Both the position numbers and the translations under genes were made by a program. Positions 62,601 to 64,000 of a DNA stretch of 64,000 nt are shown here, piece after piece. Where the stretch lies: assembly GCA_015233195.1 (NCBI GenBank), contig JADFYE010000003.1, forward strand, positions 74,489 through 138,488, given 5' to 3'. A model generated the notes under the pieces. It saw only the letters and a list, made by a program, of their open reading frames with translations. It searched no databases and was not told where the DNA came from. Position 1 is the stretch's first letter, and each line of letters opens with the position of its first letter. This stretch comes from Candidatus Omnitrophota bacterium. Lineage in GTDB: Bacteria; Omnitrophota; Gorgyraeia; Zapsychrales; Zapsychraceae.

Positions 62601-64000
62601 TGCGCATACGGAGATTCATTAGCCTCGCTGGAAACTCCAGAATAAGGATTTTGTAATTCTCTGCCTTGCCAAACAATTTTCCAAGGATATCTTTCAAATG
62701 CATATTGGATATTTGCGATATGGTCGGTTCCTGGAATAAAATTTATCACTGTGGCGCCTGAAACATATTCCAGAGTTTTTGCACCACCCACGACTGTCTC
62801 AATCGCAGGGAAGCCTCCCACATCGGAAAACGCTCTAGCGGATTTTTCCGGAGCGATCTCATCCTGCAAAAAAACACCATAACTTTCATTTAAATATCCT
62901 GATGAATAATGGTTAAATCCTGCCAATGGTTGACCCGACATATACGCGCCGACTTGCTTAAGCGCGGTAAAATGATCGATCGCGACAGTTCCGTCAAACT
63001 CGAGTTGACGCTGTTCAAAACTATCTTCTCCGGAAACAGAGATCCGCTGAACGATGCGAGGTGATAACATCGCCATCCGCTCATCCCAATACTGACGCAT
63101 ATCCTGAGGTAAATACTGACTCAACAAAAACGATTCAATAGCTGACTCAAACTCGCGAAATACATCAGAAGCATATTCATTAGCATGCATGCGTTGAATT
63201 GACGGCATCAAAAGCAAAGACTTGAAAAATTTATTCCATTCTTGTATCGAAGCGAATTCCGAAAATTCCTTTTCAAATTCTTTTAAGAATTTATCCAAGC
63301 CGCGCTCAAAATCCGGTTCATTTATTTTGCTACGATAAAGATCCTGGAAGCATTGTGCAAAACCTCTGCCATCTGATAAAGAATTCCTTAAGTCACGGAA
63401 TTTTTTGCCAATATCATTCGTTCGATAAATCGCACCAAGTGTATTTAAAAATTTTCTGTTAAACACAACAAAATGCGGAATCTTAAACCCTAACTGCTGA
63501 GGCAAATCTAACTCTTCTAAGACGATAAGCCACGCGATCTTTGAGCCAAAATTCTGCATCAAATATTCATAACGGTTACGGATCTCTTGATAAGGCACGC
63601 CGGGATAAATAGGCGAGCCATATTGTTCTTGAGAAATAAAGTGATGATCTTCGGGATTATACGTGGACTGCCGCGGTTCAATGCTTAATGAGGCGTAGTC
63701 GACAGATGGATTAATAGGCGATAAATTTACTTTAACTTCAAAAGGCTTGGACATAGCAAAATCTGTGCCTGATTGGAGCGGCTCCACAACCATAGCAGTG
63801 TCGATGTGTTCAAACCCAGCCCCGCCTGTAAAATATTTGCGGGGGATCACCTGTTGGGCAACAGGATCATATTCTTCTTTGATGTAATTGGTAACGCCTT
63901 TTTTGAATGCATCGACGTACTGCGACCAGATTTTTTGTTTTTCGGTTTTGTCTGCAATGTCAACGCCGGCAATTTTGTTTTGATTAACAAAATAAACCAT
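56627..64000 (-). CDS. Giant multidomain protein, truncated at its 5' end by the window edge (>2,457 aa). Order: family N-core, PPDK_N-like 1, REC, swivel-His, PPDK_N-like 2, 3x unknown module, GGIDLN tail.
   Basis: The frame is open from 64000 to the stop at 56627. Domain calls were made by eye from motifs (see the sub-features). The Met at the window edge aligns with an internal residue of the 778-aa paralogue, so the true start probably lies upstream of 64000. Confidence 0.9.
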   Translation of the reverse strand: MVYFVNQNKIAGVDIADKTEKQKIWSQYVDAFKKGVTNYIKEEYDPVAQQVIPRKYFTGGAGFEHIDTAMVVEPLQSGTDFAMSKPFEVKVNLSPINPSVDYASLSIEPRQSTYNPEDHHFISQEQYGSPIYPGVPYQEIRNRYEYLMQNFGSKIAWLIVLEELDLPQQLGFKIPHFVVFNRKFLNTLGAIYRTNDIGKKFRDLRNSLSDGRGFAQCFQDLYRSKINEPDFERGLDKFLKEFEKEFSEFASIQEWNKFFKSLLLMPSIQRMHANEYASDVFREFESAIESFLLSQYLPQDMRQYWDERMAMLSPRIVQRISVSGEDSFEQRQLEFDGTVAIDHFTALKQVGAYMSGQPLAGFNHYSSGYLNESYGVFLQDEIAPEKSARAFSDVGGFPAIETVVGGAKTLEYVSGATVINFIPGTDHIANIQYAFERYPWKIVWQGRELQNPYSGVSSEANESPYAQLWRSQTHDILTANGESLRSPLSEDQTRQIRQIVLNIRKALGLNIDADVVFAGNELMLLQVQPTRSRGKTIKPLPQFKPEDIIAEIPIVIGETPQEGFEGNIIGNIESRMLEFVEAGPAPDQPGYVRMKPDYPQFFNALGLENNDMLVAAKDPRDIRNRQFVIDSTTSRWMYHNGYDFFVQTGTVVLGMPGLYNRFPKLEWDRRETQYQSKGWEKEKASLLVSRPKVKVFSNGLRAVMVKADAEPLDMTLTVEADDPVWTPAWQTVADSSWRSRLAKHQYTHIIVADDNADFRSTMQDILGPCFHHIYAATSPEEVMAQYEKLKEKGKKDDEILILTDFQFADGENAFALINRLRLEKGFTGAIMVVSGSMVSELNIPGYDEARQDLSPEIKSQYGLGYVKKQPSGFGDALLGAIKHELDQTERVSYQKPADLTPLPEIKSTQGDVRVDKNSNLGFFLSRINDMEASLGRELEHADVPAEIRDQISFSKVRRGFNNGTIDFYAFRQSLHDHKNIIAALGHKIEKIENLTHIHQKIISYFEYIDWIYRMLIYCDRLQHIEVMDPLLRSAVVAYQRDYEGRQSSEFDPDEGIAQALGHLNTAGDEFRRQNLEPALIAWGILYKEYQAVEEGMNEVFGQQLSSSQNAFLKSFADRLNLFFGQYLMTFGIRNLKGDLHGTAKGRIVVLQDDDQAEDIFRKAVKEGDLVVVPQDYSWITVGKSKAAGIIFARSGGQHIVTQARVSKIPLLFLPNVDVFLGRVIQEFKRKGKSADILMRMDVGEEGRGSLESVDRPVEIPAEHQADEKLEPVQVDPVDEVGGPDTISSEMDGYADDYEKLLPWMSRKALNQYILGQELRANVPQFLVLTYRLTNRLFKLSDEYYEINDKISNLPPDAPQAQVEAALNEMREYIFSSSLGELDEIIPSVEEIEKSTKQMDDDPDRWKEMRQLAHMNKWIFETPLVIRLVTNDQDLEQYPGVGAGTYLSIENVRVRSVKELNQYLQKVYASLYSYEAYRHRQKHGIPEHAVKGAIEIQEYSLDATYSMHIETQVEGHPELLKIMLMPGAARSISSQDRRYGNEPFIFYYDKKQGKLIGWDDPRTQFHPVRAQKAYYASFTEQEPQSFNIKNYPQLQKIFDTKSFTGNLREALEHAASRCTAIEGDWKSPREIEATLGENFSVHQNRRMKGVSGAFESQETGEGKSVRRMEAAIAELRQNKELNDFFTRYSGERFDPKNFSSQDFLNLQQGLREVIEKFNDPVVKGVGYSFLFLLVYMNGGHAQDFNRTATSILEALQNEKFKDIAGPLMFLMSYFCFGGHEYMYQWLEYLSEEKPDLFAIFAPHLISAVTKTAIEISDKMEMYSSQELMLIRLFKDDFRKKPERQKLRQKFIASLSIENLDLLRDVFIRIGSVECLGIVTELIQQRPEAPAVDEKVQRLRTAIAKLRETPAINDFLTKYAGDGFDPENISEQDYMEFSVRLSRFTRTLGEEVLSSMNYSFLMSLVYAIGGSVDSFNETATDILDSLQQEEFQEIQKSLMFLIAYYCIGSHQYMANWLEYLSHARPDLFEIFAPYLILAVSENVYSLGARYILGFKEDGALVFRFFGEEDEDSMPINRTAGAAFIQRLNIQDIDRLLHAYVLLKKPGAEDVLPLLQQRSDFEQIRQLESFRKLFPEEESMAPAVDEKVQRLRTAIAKLRENKKLNEFFEKYSGIDFVPEHVLSDEISKILGGLYDVARHSGDPVAEDMYGHMFLVLLVALCGGMEHFNETATDIFEALQNNEFQDIRKPMMFLLACFCRHGHQYMYQWMDYLVEHRPDLFAILAPHFVYSMPEEVKNSRDNDFPQSELMAFHMFLTGWGVGNQNRKAKVRKAFIQTLDLKHISWLMEEYKGSRNEREIKENLLELLKERSDFNELKRFETFKQLYPDQDQAQLANGGIDLNTDKMDIAVETGAVSSLDQKNFDQALLASLKNMTGLDSIIVSIQILNDPSRFFQFPLPNQ
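56630..56830 (-). other. GGIDLN C-terminal tail shared with the 778-aa protein
   Basis: LANGGIDLN (56807-56824) is followed 33 aa later by GLDSIIVSIQIL. The 778-aa protein has VGGIDLN followed 30 aa later by GMLPVIIDVVPI. Confidence 0.6.
56840..59010 (-). repeat. Three tandem copies of an unassigned helical module of about 220-250 aa (R1 about 58346-59010, R2 about 57593-58345, R3 about 56840-57592)
   Basis: R2 and R3 both open with the identical APAVDEKVQRLRTAIAKLRE, 753 nt apart. All three copies share (N/I)(D/E)FF.KY(S/A)G..F.P, FN(E/R)TAT(D/S)I(L/F)(E/D)(A/S)LQ..(E/K)F(Q/K)(D/E)I, MFL(M/I/L).(Y/C)(F/Y)C..(G/S)H(E/Q)YM..W(L/M)(E/D)YL....PDLF(A/E)I(F/L)AP(H/Y). Confidence 0.85.
59080..60105 (-). 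other. PPDK_N-like (ATP-grasp) module 2
   Basis: SRKALNQYILGQELRANVPQFLVLTY..., VIRLVTNDQDLEQYPGVGAGTYLSIENVRVRSVKELNQYLQKVYASLYSYEAYRHRQKHGIPEHAVKGAIEIQEY. This parallels the canonical AVRSSA.AEDL...SFAGQ..T.LNV......L..AIK.V.ASL...RA..YR...GI......MAV.VQ. Confidence 0.6.
60355..60574 (-). other. PEP-utilizer mobile (swivel phospho-His) domain-like module
   Basis: GRIVVLQDDD...GDLVVVPQDYSWITVGKSKAAGIIFARSGGQHIVTQARVSKIPLLFLPN. Compare the canonical G.i.v....p......aGi.t..GG.TSH.AI.AR..GIP. The candidate His codon is at 60407-60409. Confidence 0.6.
61391..61759 (-). other. CheY-like receiver (REC) domain
   Basis: HIIVADDNADFRSTMQDIL...ILILTDFQFADGENAFALINRL...GAIMVVSGS...GYVKKQP. The acidic pocket, phospho-acceptor Asp, Ser/Thr and Lys positions all appear to be present. 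Confidence 0.65.
62411..63540 (-). other. PPDK_N-like (PEP/pyruvate-binding, ATP-grasp) module 1
   Basis: FKIPHFVVFN..., RISVSGEDSFEQRQLEFDGTV..., GVFLQDEI...SARAFSD and ELMLLQVQPTR follow the order of PPDK_N landmarks (VP.GF; VRSS..ED...FAG; .vQ.m.....G..f; ilQ.RP). Confidence 0.55.
63822..64000 (-). other. Family N-core segment shared with the 778-aa protein
   Basis: VYFVNQNKIAGV...NYIKEEYDPVAQQVIPRKYFTGG aligns with VYVNQNKIFGI...NFIKEEYDPTSQQIIPRKYFAGG (about 7587-7760). By hand count, 33 of 58 aligned positions are identical. Confidence 0.8.

Noticed and set aside
56627-64000. A compositional (GC) shift of the giant ORF as evidence of horizontal acquisition
   Set aside because: I hand-counted single 60-nt lines only: 43% GC at 60181, 27% at 45721 (coiled-coil gene) and 47% at 19201 (fumC). 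The giant ORF resembles the housekeeping genes, and it is the coiled-coil/GT genes that are AT-richer. That is probably driven by amino-acid composition. A proper sliding-window and codon-usage calculation was not done.
63998-64000. The Met codon at the very window edge considered as the true start of the giant ORF
   Set aside because: It aligns with an internal Lys about 280 residues into the 778-aa paralogue, and the frame is open to the edge. No upstream sequence is available to judge an RBS.
1-64000. CRISPR arrays, tRNA/rRNA genes, IS elements, integrases, reverse transcriptases and prophage genes
   Set aside because: No intergenic space longer than 237 bp exists. I saw no spaced direct-repeat arrays, and no ORF showed transposase, integrase or RT motifs. 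The only repeats are intragenic (the coiled-coil gene and the giant ORF).

Overview
This is a 64-kb, AT-rich and very gene-dense bacterial chromosomal segment. I found no rRNA, tRNA, CRISPR array, transposase or integrase. I call 50 CDS, and 48 of them are on the minus strand, many with overlapping or abutting stop and start codons. The ORF track also accepts TTG starts, so I trimmed several N-termini to the first ATG where a signal peptide or Shine-Dalgarno (SD) sequence supports it.

Layout:
- 1-24.1 kb: housekeeping genes. These are a partial SDR, aroC, leuDC, acnA, fumC, gltA, pepA, xth, an NfnAB-like pair, a stomatin/NfeD pair, an AKR and a DJ-1/PfpI protein. Interspersed are a RelE/RHH toxin-antitoxin pair, two radical-SAM genes, a PilZ protein and a 778-aa protein of unknown function.
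- 24.2-50.0 kb: one long co-directional exopolysaccharide (EPS) locus. It starts at a predicted promoter near 50.05 kb with two secreted coiled-coil proteins (284 aa and 1,687 aa). It continues through a WecA-like initiating transferase, a membrane protein + ExeA-like ATPase + HD-GYP trio, Wza/Wzc/Wzy-like export and polymerisation genes, an AsnB-like amidotransferase, seven glycosyltransferases, WbqC and a DegT aminotransferase.
- 50.1-56.5 kb: REC-HD-GYP, surE, nadK, a HAD hydrolase, an S1C protease and a TPR/coiled-coil lipoprotein.
- 56.6-64.0 kb: an edge-truncated giant ORF (>2,457 aa).

Most unusual signals:
1. The giant ORF fuses two PPDK_N-like ATP-grasp modules, a swivel-His module, a receiver domain and three copies of an unassigned module.
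2. It is a paralogue of the 778-aa protein at 6.3-8.6 kb. The two share an N-core and a GGIDLN C-tail around completely different middles.
3. A 1,687-aa secreted, essentially all-coiled-coil protein with near-identical intragenic DNA repeats heads the EPS operon.

All functional calls come from reading motifs by eye. No database search was run.
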